Origin: Geopsychrobacteraceae bacterium
GTDB lineage: Bacteria; Desulfobacterota; Desulfuromonadia; Desulfuromonadales; Geopsychrobacteraceae
Assembly (NCBI GenBank): GCA_963662315.1
Contig: OY759353.1
Location: 2,976,001 to 3,040,000, forward strand
DNA: 64,000 nucleotides
Direction of reading: 5' to 3'
A model generated the notes under the pieces. The model had not been told where the DNA came from. It saw nothing but the letters and a program-made list of their open reading frames with translations, and did not search any database. The position numbers were made by a program, and so were the translations under genes. Of the stretch, positions 19,123 to 29,263 are shown one piece after another (the stretch's first letter is position 1; every line of letters begins with the position of its first letter).

Positions 19123-19267
19123 CAGGAAACTCAAAAACATTACCCTGCTTGGCCATTACCTCATAACTTCGCTGGTGTCGTTCATTCAAAACCCAGCCTC
19201 TTAGGTTTTCTGCTTTTTGGGTAATCCGCCCCAAAATTTTCAATTTTTGCTGAACCTTGCACCTGAA

Positions 19268-21355
19268 TCAATGCTGTGGCTGCCCCATTTCCAGCAACAG
19301 GGTCACACCTTCTTTCACATAGGGATCCTCAGCAAGCTGGCTATCAAGATCCTGCTCTTCGCCCTTGTCTTCTTCATCGGTCATCATGCCCAGATGCGGA
19401 GAATTCTTATCCTCTTCACGCAGTTGTTCACGCTCGGCAAGCATATCCTTCAGGCGTAGCGACTGCAATGTCTCATCGCGCCTTTTCTGAGCGTTGTGAA
19501 CATCAGTGATGATTTTCTGAAATTCTTTACTGGTTTTGACCCTGGCAGCACTATCACTTCGCAGCTGGTCCAGATGATCAACCGCATTTTTCCATAAATC
19601 GTAACGTGCTGAATCGATGTGATCCCAAGGGAGCGCATTATCCAGATATTTTTCCCCACTCTCAAGACCATCCAGACGTGACGGCAGCACGATATCCGGA
19701 GTCACCCCCTTTTCCTGAGTTGACTCACCGCTAATACGGTAGAATTTCTGAATCGTGACCTTGACAGCACCCAGCGGCATGTATTTGTCCATACCACGCA
19801 TGTTGACAAACCGATCAAGATCAAGCAGGGCCTGTACCGTTCCCTTGCCATGGGTGTGCTCGTCGCCAACAATCAGTGCGCGTTTATAATCCTGCAGAGC
19901 TCCGGCAAAGATCTCCGATGCTGAAGCACTGAAACGGTTAACCAGCACGATCATCGGTCCAGAGTAAGCGACATCGCGATCATCGTCGCGCATAACGCGG
20001 ATATCGCCGACACCGCTACGAATCTGTACCACCGGCCCGGTCTTGATAAACAGTCCACTGACACTGACGGCATCGGACAGAGAACCACCGCCATTATTGC
20101 GCAAATCGATGATCAACCCGGAAATATTTTCCTTGTTGAGCTTTTCGATCTCATTACGCAGATCATCGGTAACATTGCGATCGGTTTTACCACTGTAGTC
20201 ACGATAAAAGGACGGAATCTTTACATAGCCAAAGGTCTCTTTGGTAGCAGGATCACTAACCGTCGTGCCTTTGACAAACGTCTCTTCAATTTCAACGACA
20301 TCACGGATAATGGGAATGACCAGCTTGCGCCCATCCGGCTTTTTAACACTCAAGCGTACCTCAGTCCCCTTCTTGCCGCGAATCAGCGCAACGGCATCGC
20401 GGATCCGGGTGTCGGTAATATCAACCGGCTCATCACTCCCTTCGGCAACCTTGAGGATAATATCATCGGCTTCAAGCTGCCCTTGCTTGGCCGCAGCACT
20501 GCCAGGAATAACCCGCACAACCTTGATGTAGCCATCCTCTTCACGCAGTGTCGCGCCAATCCCTTCCAGGGAGCCACTCATCTGAATGTCAAAATCTTCT
20601 TTTGAGGTCGGTGGCATATAACTGGTATGCGGATCATAGGCCCTGGCGATAGCGTTAAGGTAGCGGTCATAATGATCCTGCTCTGATTCTTCCAGCATCC
20701 GCTCCATAAGATTACGCGTGGTTTTTCCAACCTTTTCCCGTGCCTTTGCCATCAGGTCCTGGTCCTGCTTTTTATCGACCGGCAGCAGAGCACCTTTGTC
20801 ATCAGTACCGATGTCATCTTCGCGTAAACTGATATAACGACTTAAAATCTGGTATTTAAGCACCTTGCGCCAACGTTCCCGTAACGCCTGCAGATCTATT
20901 GCGAAATCAATTTTTTCCGGATCGCTCTCAATGCTTTCGGCAACCTCGGGATCGATTTTCTGGGCCAGCAGTTCATCGAGCATACCCTGTACCTGGTTGA
21001 TACGCTGATCAAGGCGTTCACGACCAAGCAAAGGTAATTCAAGACGTCCACGCCTGATCGCATCGTCAATCTGATCATGATACTCATGCAACGCCGCCAC
21101 ATCTTCTTGCAGCAAAAAACGCTTTTGAAAATCCAGCTGTTTCAAATACAGGTCATAAGCCGCTTCGGACAGCTTATCGTCAGCCTGCTTCTGACTGTAA
21201 TGTTTACTGCCGAGCTGTTGCTGCAGCATATGCCCGATCAGTCGCGCCCGGTTAACATCAAAGGGCTCGGTCTCCTTGCTCAATGCCGTCAATGGCATAG
21301 TCAGCAACAGAGCAATCAGGACAAACCTGCTGAGGAAATTAAACTTTGAAGACAT
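19268..21355 (-). CDS. prc: Carboxy-terminal processing (tail-specific) protease
   Basis: DPHTSY, GIGATL (PDZ), IDLRNNGGGSL, SASASEIFAGALQDY, GKGTVQ, KFYRISGESTQ. Confidence 0.93.
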   Translation of the reverse strand: MSSKFNFLSRFVLIALLLTMPLTALSKETEPFDVNRARLIGHMLQQQLGSKHYSQKQADDKLSEAAYDLYLKQLDFQKRFLLQEDVAALHEYHDQIDDAIRRGRLELPLLGRERLDQRINQVQGMLDELLAQKIDPEVAESIESDPEKIDFAIDLQALRERWRKVLKYQILSRYISLREDDIGTDDKGALLPVDKKQDQDLMAKAREKVGKTTRNLMERMLEESEQDHYDRYLNAIARAYDPHTSYMPPTSKEDFDIQMSGSLEGIGATLREEDGYIKVVRVIPGSAAAKQGQLEADDIILKVAEGSDEPVDITDTRIRDAVALIRGKKGTEVRLSVKKPDGRKLVIPIIRDVVEIEETFVKGTTVSDPATKETFGYVKIPSFYRDYSGKTDRNVTDDLRNEIEKLNKENISGLIIDLRNNGGGSLSDAVSVSGLFIKTGPVVQIRSGVGDIRVMRDDDRDVAYSGPMIVLVNRFSASASEIFAGALQDYKRALIVGDEHTHGKGTVQALLDLDRFVNMRGMDKYMPLGAVKVTIQKFYRISGESTQEKGVTPDIVLPSRLDGLESGEKYLDNALPWDHIDSARYDLWKNAVDHLDQLRSDSAARVKTSKEFQKIITDVHNAQKRRDETLQSLRLKDMLAEREQLREEDKNSPHLGMMTDEEDKGEEQDLDSQLAEDPYVKEGVTLLLEMGQPQH

Positions 21356-21642
21356 AAATTAAATCCTTATCTGGCCACCTTCGTTTGTCCTGGTCCAGTT
21401 ATCGGCCTGGCACAAGTAGCTATCCGTAAGTCCTTAAATAGTGAATGATATTGATTTAAAAGACATTAAGATAATGTACCCCTGTCACCCCGCCCTTCGC
21501 AAGCGCGAATGTGAAAAAAGACCCTAATCCCAACATTCTGCTCATCACGAAAGCAAAAAGCATCAAGACCTGATAAACTTTTAGCAAGATCCAATCATGA
21601 TTAGAACCACTGAAGACGGGTATGTTTTAAAAGGAGAGATTT

Positions 21643-22014
21643 ATGACTGAACAGCGCCAATATCAGAGAATCGGGTTTCGTACAGAAGCCTCGATAATGA
21701 CTTCTGAGGCCACTTATTCATGCCATCTCATCGACCTCGCTCTTCAGGGAGCCCTTTTTCAATGTGAAATGGATACCCCCTTAAGTGTCGGCCAAAAAGC
21801 ACGTCTGCATATTTATCTGCCCGATTCAGAGATCAGCCTTAACTTTACCGCTGAAATGATCCATAAACATGATAAGTTCTGTGGCTTCCTGTTTCTAACC
21901 GAAGATGTCGATACTCTGGTCCACCTGCGCCGCTTGCTTGAATTAAATATCGGTGATGCTGAAAAAATCGACCATGAATTCGCTCACTGGCTGCATCAAA
22001 ATTCACTACCCTGA
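21643..22014 (+). CDS. PilZ-domain protein
   Basis: QRQYQR (RxxxR) and DLALQG (DxSxxG-like) motifs; LRRLLELN tail. Confidence 0.8.
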   Translation: MTEQRQYQRIGFRTEASIMTSEATYSCHLIDLALQGALFQCEMDTPLSVGQKARLHIYLPDSEISLNFTAEMIHKHDKFCGFLFLTEDVDTLVHLRRLLELNIGDAEKIDHEFAHWLHQNSLP

Positions 22015-22027
22015 CTTTCCCTGAAAA

Positions 22028-22297
22028 TTACAGAGGAATCCGCTTTTTCTTACAATAACTGCGTAACACCATCTCGGCCTGATTCATCCGGGTCAACTGC
22101 ATGTTCTTGGCCTTGAGCTGCTGAACATCCTCCAGCGGTACCTGGGTCTGACGGATTTCACGTGTCACCAGCTGCAGATTGGCGAGGACTATTTTCATAT
22201 CCGCTGGGGTATATTGTTTTAACACGGGTGGTGAAAGACTGAAAAAACCAGCCGCAACATCCTGTGCCAGCTTCTTGGGACTGCCTGCTATTGCCAT
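22028..22297 (-). CDS. Hypothetical protein (89 aa)
   Basis: Clean ORF with GGGAG RBS filling the intergenic gap. Confidence 0.7.
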   Translation of the reverse strand: MAIAGSPKKLAQDVAAGFFSLSPPVLKQYTPADMKIVLANLQLVTREIRQTQVPLEDVQQLKAKNMQLTRMNQAEMVLRSYCKKKRIPL

Positions 22298-22406
22298 ATA
22301 AAAACTCCCTTCGAGTCCTTTTACTCCTGAGTGTTAACGCGCCAAATACCTTGCAGTCCGCCTATTCTCTTGCATTTTCAGCGCCCCTGTGAGATCAATC
22401 GCAGCC

Positions 22407-23282
22407 ATGCGAATATCAGAACATTCAAAAGGACTGCTCTTAACCTTCAGTGCGGTGCTGATCCTCAGCCCCGACGCCCTATTGGTGCGCCTGATCCATA
22501 GCGAAATCTGGACCCTGTTGTTCTGGCGCTGCCTGCTGACCAGCGTGATGATGCTGGTATTCCTTGCCTTGCGCTATCGCCGTAACCTTATCAAGGTCAT
22601 CATCTGTACCGGTCGCCCCGGTCTGCTCTCGGCCTTGACGATTACCTGCGGCTCACTGCTGTTTGTCAACTCTCTGAAACAGACCAGCGCCGCCAACACC
22701 CTGATTATTCTTGCCGCGACTCCGGTCATCAGCAGCCTGCTCAGTGCCATATTCCTTAAAGAGAAAATATCACGTGGCACCTGGCTGGCCATCACGGTCT
22801 GTTTTGGCGGAATTCTGCTGATCTTTTCCGGTAGCCTGCACAACGGACTGCTGCTGGGCGACCTGCTTGCCTTGGGCGCCACCACCATGTGGGGGAGTAA
22901 TATTGTCATCATCCGCAGCGGGAAGAATGTCAATATGATTCCCGCCAATGCCCTTGGCAACCTGTCTGTTGTTCCTATTTCCTTGTTCATGGGGGCCGCG
23001 CCCCTGCAGGTGAGCGGCGCGGATGCCAGCCTGCTCCTGCTGCTCGGCGGTCTGGTCCTGCCTCTTTCCTTTGCCATGATCACCTTGGGACCACGTTATC
23101 TGAAGGCGCCTGAGGTCAGCCTGATCTTACTGACAGAAACTGTTGTTGGTCCGATCTGGGTATGGCTGGCCCTGGGTGAAGTACCCCATATCAGATCTAT
23201 TGTCGCCGGGGCACTTATCGTCACAACCCTGATTGCCCACACCCTGTGGTCCGTGCGTCACCAAAGCCGCGCAAAAGCCTGA
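22407..23282 (+). CDS. DMT/EamA family transporter
   Basis: About 10 hydrophobic segments; FLKEKI; GPRYLKAPEVSLILLTETVVGPIWVWL. Confidence 0.88.
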   Translation: MRISEHSKGLLLTFSAVLILSPDALLVRLIHSEIWTLLFWRCLLTSVMMLVFLALRYRRNLIKVIICTGRPGLLSALTITCGSLLFVNSLKQTSAANTLIILAATPVISSLLSAIFLKEKISRGTWLAITVCFGGILLIFSGSLHNGLLLGDLLALGATTMWGSNIVIIRSGKNVNMIPANALGNLSVVPISLFMGAAPLQVSGADASLLLLLGGLVLPLSFAMITLGPRYLKAPEVSLILLTETVVGPIWVWLALGEVPHIRSIVAGALIVTTLIAHTLWSVRHQSRAKA

Positions 23283-23305
23283 ACCGTTTTCTGCTCTGCG
23301 CACGA

Positions 23306-24037
23306 TTATAATCGTGGCACTGTTGGTTGCAATCCCGCAGCTTGTAATACCTGAGCAAAATTTTCCGGGACATCCGTCTGTAGACGCAATTCTTTTCCAC
23401 TTAGCGGATGAGTCAGACGTAGCTCACAGGCGTGCAACAATAGACGCTGGCAGTCAAACTGTTCTCTGAACAAACGGTTATGCCGCCCTTCGCCATAACT
23501 GGTATCGCCAATCAGGGGATGAAAAATATGTTTAAAGTGGCGCCGGAGCTGATGCCGGCGGCCGTTTAGCGGTGTCATCTCCACCAGGGCATAACGACTC
23601 TGCTGATAACGCCCGACAGCGAACGGCACCTCACAACGGGCCAGAGTCCGGTAACGGGTCACAGCGGGGCGCGCTACCGCATCGTCCACCTGCGAACCGA
23701 AATCAGGCCCATCGGTTAACGCATAATCTATCTCCCCCTCGTCATCCGGCCAGCCCCGCACCACAGCCATGTAACGCTTATAAATTTGTTGTTCGGAAAA
23801 GCTGGTTCCAACCTGACGGGCGATATCCCTGTTCAGGGCAAACAAAAGCACCCCCGAAGTCGGCTTATCGAGACGATGGACCGGGTAAACCCGCTGTTTG
23901 AGCTGATTCCTCAGTAGTTGAACAGCAAAACGCGTTTCATGCCGGTCGATCATCGTCCGATGCACAAGCAAACCGCTCGGCTTATTGATTGCGACCAGGA
24001 CATCATCCTGATAAAGAATTTCCAGCTGCTCTTTCAT
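23306..24037 (-). CDS. truC: tRNA pseudouridine(65) synthase (RluA family)
   Basis: NKPSGLLVHR, VHRLDKPTSG, GRRHQLRRHFKHIFHPLIGD. Confidence 0.85.
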   Translation of the reverse strand: MKEQLEILYQDDVLVAINKPSGLLVHRTMIDRHETRFAVQLLRNQLKQRVYPVHRLDKPTSGVLLFALNRDIARQVGTSFSEQQIYKRYMAVVRGWPDDEGEIDYALTDGPDFGSQVDDAVARPAVTRYRTLARCEVPFAVGRYQQSRYALVEMTPLNGRRHQLRRHFKHIFHPLIGDTSYGEGRHNRLFREQFDCQRLLLHACELRLTHPLSGKELRLQTDVPENFAQVLQAAGLQPTVPRL

Positions 24038-24206
24038 TACATATAACCTTTTTTCAGAATAACCCCATCATCATCCCGCAAATCCCGATTTGCAACAACA
24101 AACAACCTTGACCAAAATAAAGCTGTAGCCTAAGCTTGCGCCTTTGGATAATTTTTATCCTATGCAATTTCAGTGGGCTCTCCCCCACTTTTTGGGAGCT
24201 ATTCAC

Positions 24207-25067
24207 TTGACTGACCTGCTGCAATATATCTTTTCCGGCCTCACCAGCGGTGCCATCTATGCCCTGATTGCCCTTGGCTTTTGTGTTGTCAACAACACTA
24301 TGGGTATTCTTAACTTCATTCAGGTCGATTTTGTCTCCCTGGGTGGCATGCTGCTGTTTTCGGCCCTGTTCTCCATCGGCGTTCCCATGGTACCCGGCCT
24401 GCTGCTCGCCGTTGCCGGCGTTGCCATGATCGCCATGCTGGTGGAACGCTTCGGTCTGCGCCCCGCCCGTTCCGACAATCATACAGTACTGGTCTTTCTG
24501 ACCGTCGGGCTGTCCATCATTTTGCGTGGCATTATCAAACTGGTCTGGGGTAAAAATCGCATGGCCCTGCCCCCCTTAACTCCTGACATTCCGGTAGAAA
24601 TCTTCGGTGCCAGTGTCCTGCCTCAGGCATTGTGGATCTTGCTGCTGACCTTCATCGCCATTGTGCTGCTGACCTGGTTCTTTTATCGCACGCCACTGGG
24701 GTTGTCGATGCGCGCCGTGGCCTCCAATCCAACCGCTGCCGCCATTGTCGGCATTCCGGCCGGCAGAATCCGTCTGACCAGCTACGCCATTGCCGGTGCC
24801 CTGGGTGGGCTGGCCGGGGTTCTGGTTACACCCATTACCACCTTGAGTTACGACGTTGGTGTCCTGCTGGGCCTCAAAGGCTTTGCCGCAGCAATCCTCG
24901 GCGGCTTCGGCTCATTCCCCGGTGCCGTCATCGGCGGCCTGGGACTCGGCCTACTTGAGTCTTTGTCAGCGGGATATTTTTCCAGCGCTTACAAAGACGT
25001 GGTTGCTTTTATTGTTCTGGTTCTGGTTCTTTTTATCAAACCCACCGGGCTTCTCGGTAAGGAATAA
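24207..25067 (+). CDS. Branched-chain amino acid-type ABC permease (LivH-like)
   Basis: GLTSGAIYALIALGF, GLSMRAVASN, LKGFAAAILGGFGS. TTG start at 24207 with GGGAG RBS. Confidence 0.9.
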   Translation: MTDLLQYIFSGLTSGAIYALIALGFCVVNNTMGILNFIQVDFVSLGGMLLFSALFSIGVPMVPGLLLAVAGVAMIAMLVERFGLRPARSDNHTVLVFLTVGLSIILRGIIKLVWGKNRMALPPLTPDIPVEIFGASVLPQALWILLLTFIAIVLLTWFFYRTPLGLSMRAVASNPTAAAIVGIPAGRIRLTSYAIAGALGGLAGVLVTPITTLSYDVGVLLGLKGFAAAILGGFGSFPGAVIGGLGLGLLESLSAGYFSSAYKDVVAFIVLVLVLFIKPTGLLGKE

Positions 25068-25071
25068 GCTG

Positions 25072-26904
25072 ATGACAGATAAAACTGCTATTGAACTGTT
25101 GATGGGAAATGAAGCGATCGGCCAGGGGCTGATCGAGGCAGGCTGCCAGGTTGCAGCCGCTTATCCCGGAACCCCTTCGACGGAAATCCTGCAGGCGATC
25201 ATTGATCGTCAGCACCATGCCATCGAACCATTGCATATCGAATGGTCGGTCAACGAAAAAGTTGCTTTCGAAGTCGCACTGGCGGCCAGCTATACCGGCA
25301 AACGCTCCGTGGCGGTTATGAAGCAGGTCGGCCTTAATGTCGCGGCTGATCCCTTTATGCGCACCGCCTACCTCGGGGTGAAGGGGGGCATGCTGACCGT
25401 AGTCGCCGATGACCCAGGCCCCCACAGCTCTCAGAACGAGCAGGATACCCGGCTGTTTTGCCTACAGGGGCGGGTTCCGGTTATCGACCCGGCCAGTCCG
25501 GCCGAAGCCAAGGAGTTGATCGAAGCGGCTTATGCGCTGTCGGAAAAATATGAAATGAATATCGTTCTGCGGCCGACCACGCGCATCTGTCATTCACGCC
25601 AGAATGCCGCTGTAAAAATTCCGCAACCGCTGAAGCGCCAGGCCGTTTTCAAAAAGGACCCGACCCGCTGGGCCGCAACACCGGCATTTTTACCGGCCCT
25701 GCATCGTAAGCTCAACGAAAACCTGGAAAAAATTGCTGCCGAGCCCGCCTGGCAACCGAAATTCACTGCCGGTAACAGCAGTCGGCCCAAAACGGCTTTC
25801 GTCGCTTCCGGTATTGTTTATGGCCATCTCGTTGACCTGCTGGCTGAACTTGGCCTCAGTGGCCAGATCGACCTTTTCCAGGTGATCATGCCGTACCCAC
25901 TGAACCCCGATTTCTGCAACCAGCTGAAAAGGGACTATGAGCGGATTCTGATCCTGGAGGAAACCTACCCGGTTATCGAGCTACAACTGGCCCATCCGGG
26001 TGCGGCAGGCAAGCAAACCGGAGCGGTACCGCGCGAGGGAGAACTGACCCCTGATGTGATTTACGAGGCTCTGGCCGCGTTTCTCAACCTTGATCCACCG
26101 GCTGAAAAACCTTTGGAACGGCGTGGCCAACGCCCGTCCCTTTGTCCCGGCTGCCCTCACCGGGCGGCTTTTTACAGTATCAAGAAGTGCTTTCCGCAAG
26201 GGATTTTTCCTTCTGATATCGGTTGTTACACCCTGGGCATGAACCTTGGCGCTGTCAACACGGTCCACTGTATGGGGGCCTGTATCAGTCAGGGAGCCGG
26301 CTTTTACCAATCCTACCACCAGGAGGGTGACAACTTTCCGACTATTGTCGTTACTATCGGAGATTCCACCTTCTTCCATAGCGGTATCCCGGCCCTGATC
26401 AATGCGGTTATCCAGCAGGCGCGTATCATTGTCGTTATCCTCGATAATGCCACCACCGCCATGACAGGGGGACAACCGGTCCCGCACATGGGGCTGGCCG
26501 CCGGCAACAAGCCGACCAAGGCCATCGCCATCGAACCGCTCGTCAAAGCCAGCGGCGTAGAGTTTCTGGAAAGCTGCGATCCTTATGATCAGGCGGGTTT
26601 TGAAACCCTGCTGAAACAGGCTGATGATTATATTCGCAGCCCGCAAGGGGGCGTTGCGGTCCTGATTTCCCGCCATGGCTGTATCATGACGCCCGGCGTA
26701 CGCAAGAATCAGGAATCCTCACGCATTGCCATTTTGGACAGCTGCATTGCCTGTGGTAAATGTGTCGGCGCCTTTGAATGCCCGGCCCTGTCCATGGATA
26801 AAGAGAAAAAGGTCGCCGTTGTTGATCATGACCGTTGTATCGGCTGTGGCTGCTGCATCCCGGTTTGTCCGGTTAACGCCATCGTCAAGGAGGAGCAGGC
26901 ATGA
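25072..26904 (+). CDS. iorA: Indolepyruvate:ferredoxin oxidoreductase alpha subunit
   Basis: LMGNEAI, YPGTPSTEI, MKQVGLNVAAD, SSQNEQD, CPGCPHR, GDSTFFHSG, C-terminal 2x[4Fe-4S] motifs. Confidence 0.93.
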   Translation: MTDKTAIELLMGNEAIGQGLIEAGCQVAAAYPGTPSTEILQAIIDRQHHAIEPLHIEWSVNEKVAFEVALAASYTGKRSVAVMKQVGLNVAADPFMRTAYLGVKGGMLTVVADDPGPHSSQNEQDTRLFCLQGRVPVIDPASPAEAKELIEAAYALSEKYEMNIVLRPTTRICHSRQNAAVKIPQPLKRQAVFKKDPTRWAATPAFLPALHRKLNENLEKIAAEPAWQPKFTAGNSSRPKTAFVASGIVYGHLVDLLAELGLSGQIDLFQVIMPYPLNPDFCNQLKRDYERILILEETYPVIELQLAHPGAAGKQTGAVPREGELTPDVIYEALAAFLNLDPPAEKPLERRGQRPSLCPGCPHRAAFYSIKKCFPQGIFPSDIGCYTLGMNLGAVNTVHCMGACISQGAGFYQSYHQEGDNFPTIVVTIGDSTFFHSGIPALINAVIQQARIIVVILDNATTAMTGGQPVPHMGLAAGNKPTKAIAIEPLVKASGVEFLESCDPYDQAGFETLLKQADDYIRSPQGGVAVLISRHGCIMTPGVRKNQESSRIAILDSCIACGKCVGAFECPALSMDKEKKVAVVDHDRCIGCGCCIPVCPVNAIVKEEQA

Positions 26905-27401
26905 AACAACAGATTATTGTCAGTGGTATCGGCGGTCAGGGCGTTTTGTTTTTGACCCGGGTTATTGCTCAGGTTGCGGTCGATCGTGGCATCCCGGTAT
27001 TAACTGCCGAAACCCATGGTATGGCTCAACGCGGTGGCACGGTCCTGTCCACCATCAAGGTCGGTGATTTTGCCAGCCCCCTGATCCGCACCGGTCAAGC
27101 GGACCTGGGACTGCTGTTGTGGGATGCCAATCTCGAGGTTCATCGGACCCTGCTCAAAACCAATGGAACCCTGCTCATCAATTCCGCGACGGCCGGGGAA
27201 GGGATCCGCGTTGATGCCGCAGCCATGGCTCGTGAGCTCGGTAACGCCGTATTACTGAATCTTATTCTGCTCGGGCGGGCCGTCAAAGAAGAGGTTGTGT
27301 TCTGCAGCGCTTCCGAGTGCGAGCAGGCCATTCGTAAGCTCGCTCCGGAAAAATTTGTTGAGCAGAATCTCGAAGCATTCCACTTGGGGATGGCAAGTTG
27401 A
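26901..27401 (+). CDS. iorB: Indolepyruvate:ferredoxin oxidoreductase beta subunit
   Basis: GIGGQGV, ETHGMAQRGG; overlaps the iorA stop. Confidence 0.9.
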   Translation: MKQQIIVSGIGGQGVLFLTRVIAQVAVDRGIPVLTAETHGMAQRGGTVLSTIKVGDFASPLIRTGQADLGLLLWDANLEVHRTLLKTNGTLLINSATAGEGIRVDAAAMARELGNAVLLNLILLGRAVKEEVVFCSASECEQAIRKLAPEKFVEQNLEAFHLGMAS

Positions 27402-27426
27402 TCATTTTCAACCACAGGAATCAGGC

Positions 27427-28428
27427 ATGACCAGCAAACAGAAATTTCTCTATTTCCTGTATCTGCATCGCACCGGCTTGTGTGTCGTGGCACTCTCGCT
27501 GGTTCTGCTGCTGTTCCCGCTGGTTGAGGAAAATCCCTACACCCTGGGGCTGACCAACCTGATCGCCATTAATGCCATCATTGTCCTGGGCCTTAATCTC
27601 TTTATCGGTTTCACCGGTCAGATCTCCCTGGGGCACGCTGCATTTTTCGGCCTTGGGGCCTACGGCTCTGGAATCGCAACGGTAATATTTGAACTGCCAC
27701 CCTGGCCGGCCATGCTGCTGGTTGCCGCTCTCGTTGCCATTATTGCCCTGTTGGTCGGCATTCCGGCCTTGCGTTTGTCAGGCCATTACCTGGCGATGGC
27801 GACGCTGGGCATGAACTTTGTCTTTCACATCATGCTGATCCAGTGGGATGAGGTCACCGGCGGCCCCAGCGGCTTCTCCGGGATTCCTTACCTGGGGTTC
27901 GGTTCCTTTGAATTTGACGACGAAGTCCGCCTGCATTATCTGCTCTGGGCCATCGCTATGATATTTCTGCTGTTATGTCTCAATCTGGTGCGCAGCGGCG
28001 TCGGTCGAGGTATGGCCGCTTTAGCGGGCGATGAAATCGCCGCAGCGGCTCTCGGGGTCGACACCCGGACCACCAAAGTAAAAGTTTTTGTCCTGTCGGC
28101 CGTCATGGCGTCAATGGCCGGTAGCCTATATGCCCATACCTACTCTTTTGTCAGCCCTGATTCCTTTGATATTTTCACTGCGACCGATTTTGCCATTATG
28201 GTGGTTATCGGTGGCATGGGGTCAATCTGGGGATCGTTACTGGGGGCCGCCTTCATGACCATGCTGCCGGAATGGATGGACCTGTTTGAAACCTACAAGG
28301 ATTTTGTCCATGGCGGCATTCTGGTGCTGGTGCTGATGTTCCTGCCCCAGGGGTTGGTGACCGGGTTGTTTGAAATGATCAAAACCCGCCTGACGCTGCG
28401 GAGGCATAACAATGCTGCGTCTGAATAA
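27427..28428 (+). CDS. Branched-chain amino acid-type ABC permease (LivM-like)
   Basis: GQISLGHAAFFGLGAY, LRLSGHYLAMATL, VVIGGMGSIWG, PQGL. Confidence 0.9.
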   Translation: MTSKQKFLYFLYLHRTGLCVVALSLVLLLFPLVEENPYTLGLTNLIAINAIIVLGLNLFIGFTGQISLGHAAFFGLGAYGSGIATVIFELPPWPAMLLVAALVAIIALLVGIPALRLSGHYLAMATLGMNFVFHIMLIQWDEVTGGPSGFSGIPYLGFGSFEFDDEVRLHYLLWAIAMIFLLLCLNLVRSGVGRGMAALAGDEIAAAALGVDTRTTKVKVFVLSAVMASMAGSLYAHTYSFVSPDSFDIFTATDFAIMVVIGGMGSIWGSLLGAAFMTMLPEWMDLFETYKDFVHGGILVLVLMFLPQGLVTGLFEMIKTRLTLRRHNNAASE

Positions 28429-29176
28429 TGTCTGTAAAAATTTCGGCGGTCTGCCCGCCTTAAGCGATGTCTCATTCGCGGTTCCGGCTGGCAAGCTGAC
28501 GGCCCTGATCGGCCCCAACGGCGCCGGAAAAAGCACCCTGATCAATTGCATTACCGGGGTTCTGACCCCGAGCAGCGGTTCGGTCTATTTCCGTAATCAG
28601 GACATCACCGGCCTAGGTCCCCATGTTATCAGTCACGCCGGTATCGCCAGAACCTTTCAGAATCTCAAGATTTTCCCCCGCATGAATGTCCTTGACAACG
28701 TCCTGACCGGCCTGACTGGTGAAGGTGGCCACAGCATGCTGATGGCGATGTTGCGTCTGCCTTATTTACGTCACCGCGAACGGCAGTTGAAATTACGCGC
28801 TCTGGAAGCCCTCGATCGTTTCGCTCTCAGTGATAAAGCAAACTGGCCGGCCGGAGTGTTAGCCTACGGCGATAAAAAGCGCGTTGAGTTGGCGCGGGCA
28901 ACGGTCGGTAATCCACACCTGCTGCTGCTCGATGAGCCGGTTGCCGGCTTGAATGCCGAAGAAACAGCCGCGGTGGGTGAACAGTTACGTCTATTGCGCA
29001 ACAATGGCCACACCATGTTGCTCGTTGAACACGATATGGATCTGGTCATGGAACTGGCCGATCAGGTTGTAGTCCTGGATAGCGGTAAATGTATCGCCAC
29101 CGGCAGCCCCGCTGAAGTGAGACGTAATCCATTGGTCCTCGAAGCTTATCTGGGCCGTATGGATGCGACGGCTTAA
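28412..29176 (+). CDS. ABC ATPase (LivG-like)
   Basis: GPNGAGKS, ARTFQ, LAYGDKKRVELARA, LLDEPVAG, VLEAYLG. Confidence 0.92.
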   Translation: MLRLNNVCKNFGGLPALSDVSFAVPAGKLTALIGPNGAGKSTLINCITGVLTPSSGSVYFRNQDITGLGPHVISHAGIARTFQNLKIFPRMNVLDNVLTGLTGEGGHSMLMAMLRLPYLRHRERQLKLRALEALDRFALSDKANWPAGVLAYGDKKRVELARATVGNPHLLLLDEPVAGLNAEETAAVGEQLRLLRNNGHTMLLVEHDMDLVMELADQVVVLDSGKCIATGSPAEVRRNPLVLEAYLGRMDATA

Positions 29177-29263
29177 TACGCTTGCTGCATTGCGCGATTT
29201 CAGATTTGAAATTTCAGATCATTTTCTTCCGGCCTTTGCGGCCAAAACTCGGGACTTAAAACT

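Noticed and set aside
24856..25071. N-terminal extensions in the ORF track for iorA (also livM, cheR, carD, znuC, lolA, pckA)
   Set aside because: They overlap upstream genes or lack an RBS; downstream starts with an RBS match the family N-termini.
29196..29220. ATTTCAGATTTGAAATTTCAGAT short repeat/palindrome between livG and livF
   Set aside because: Too short and seen only once in this window to call a repeat family or regulatory site.
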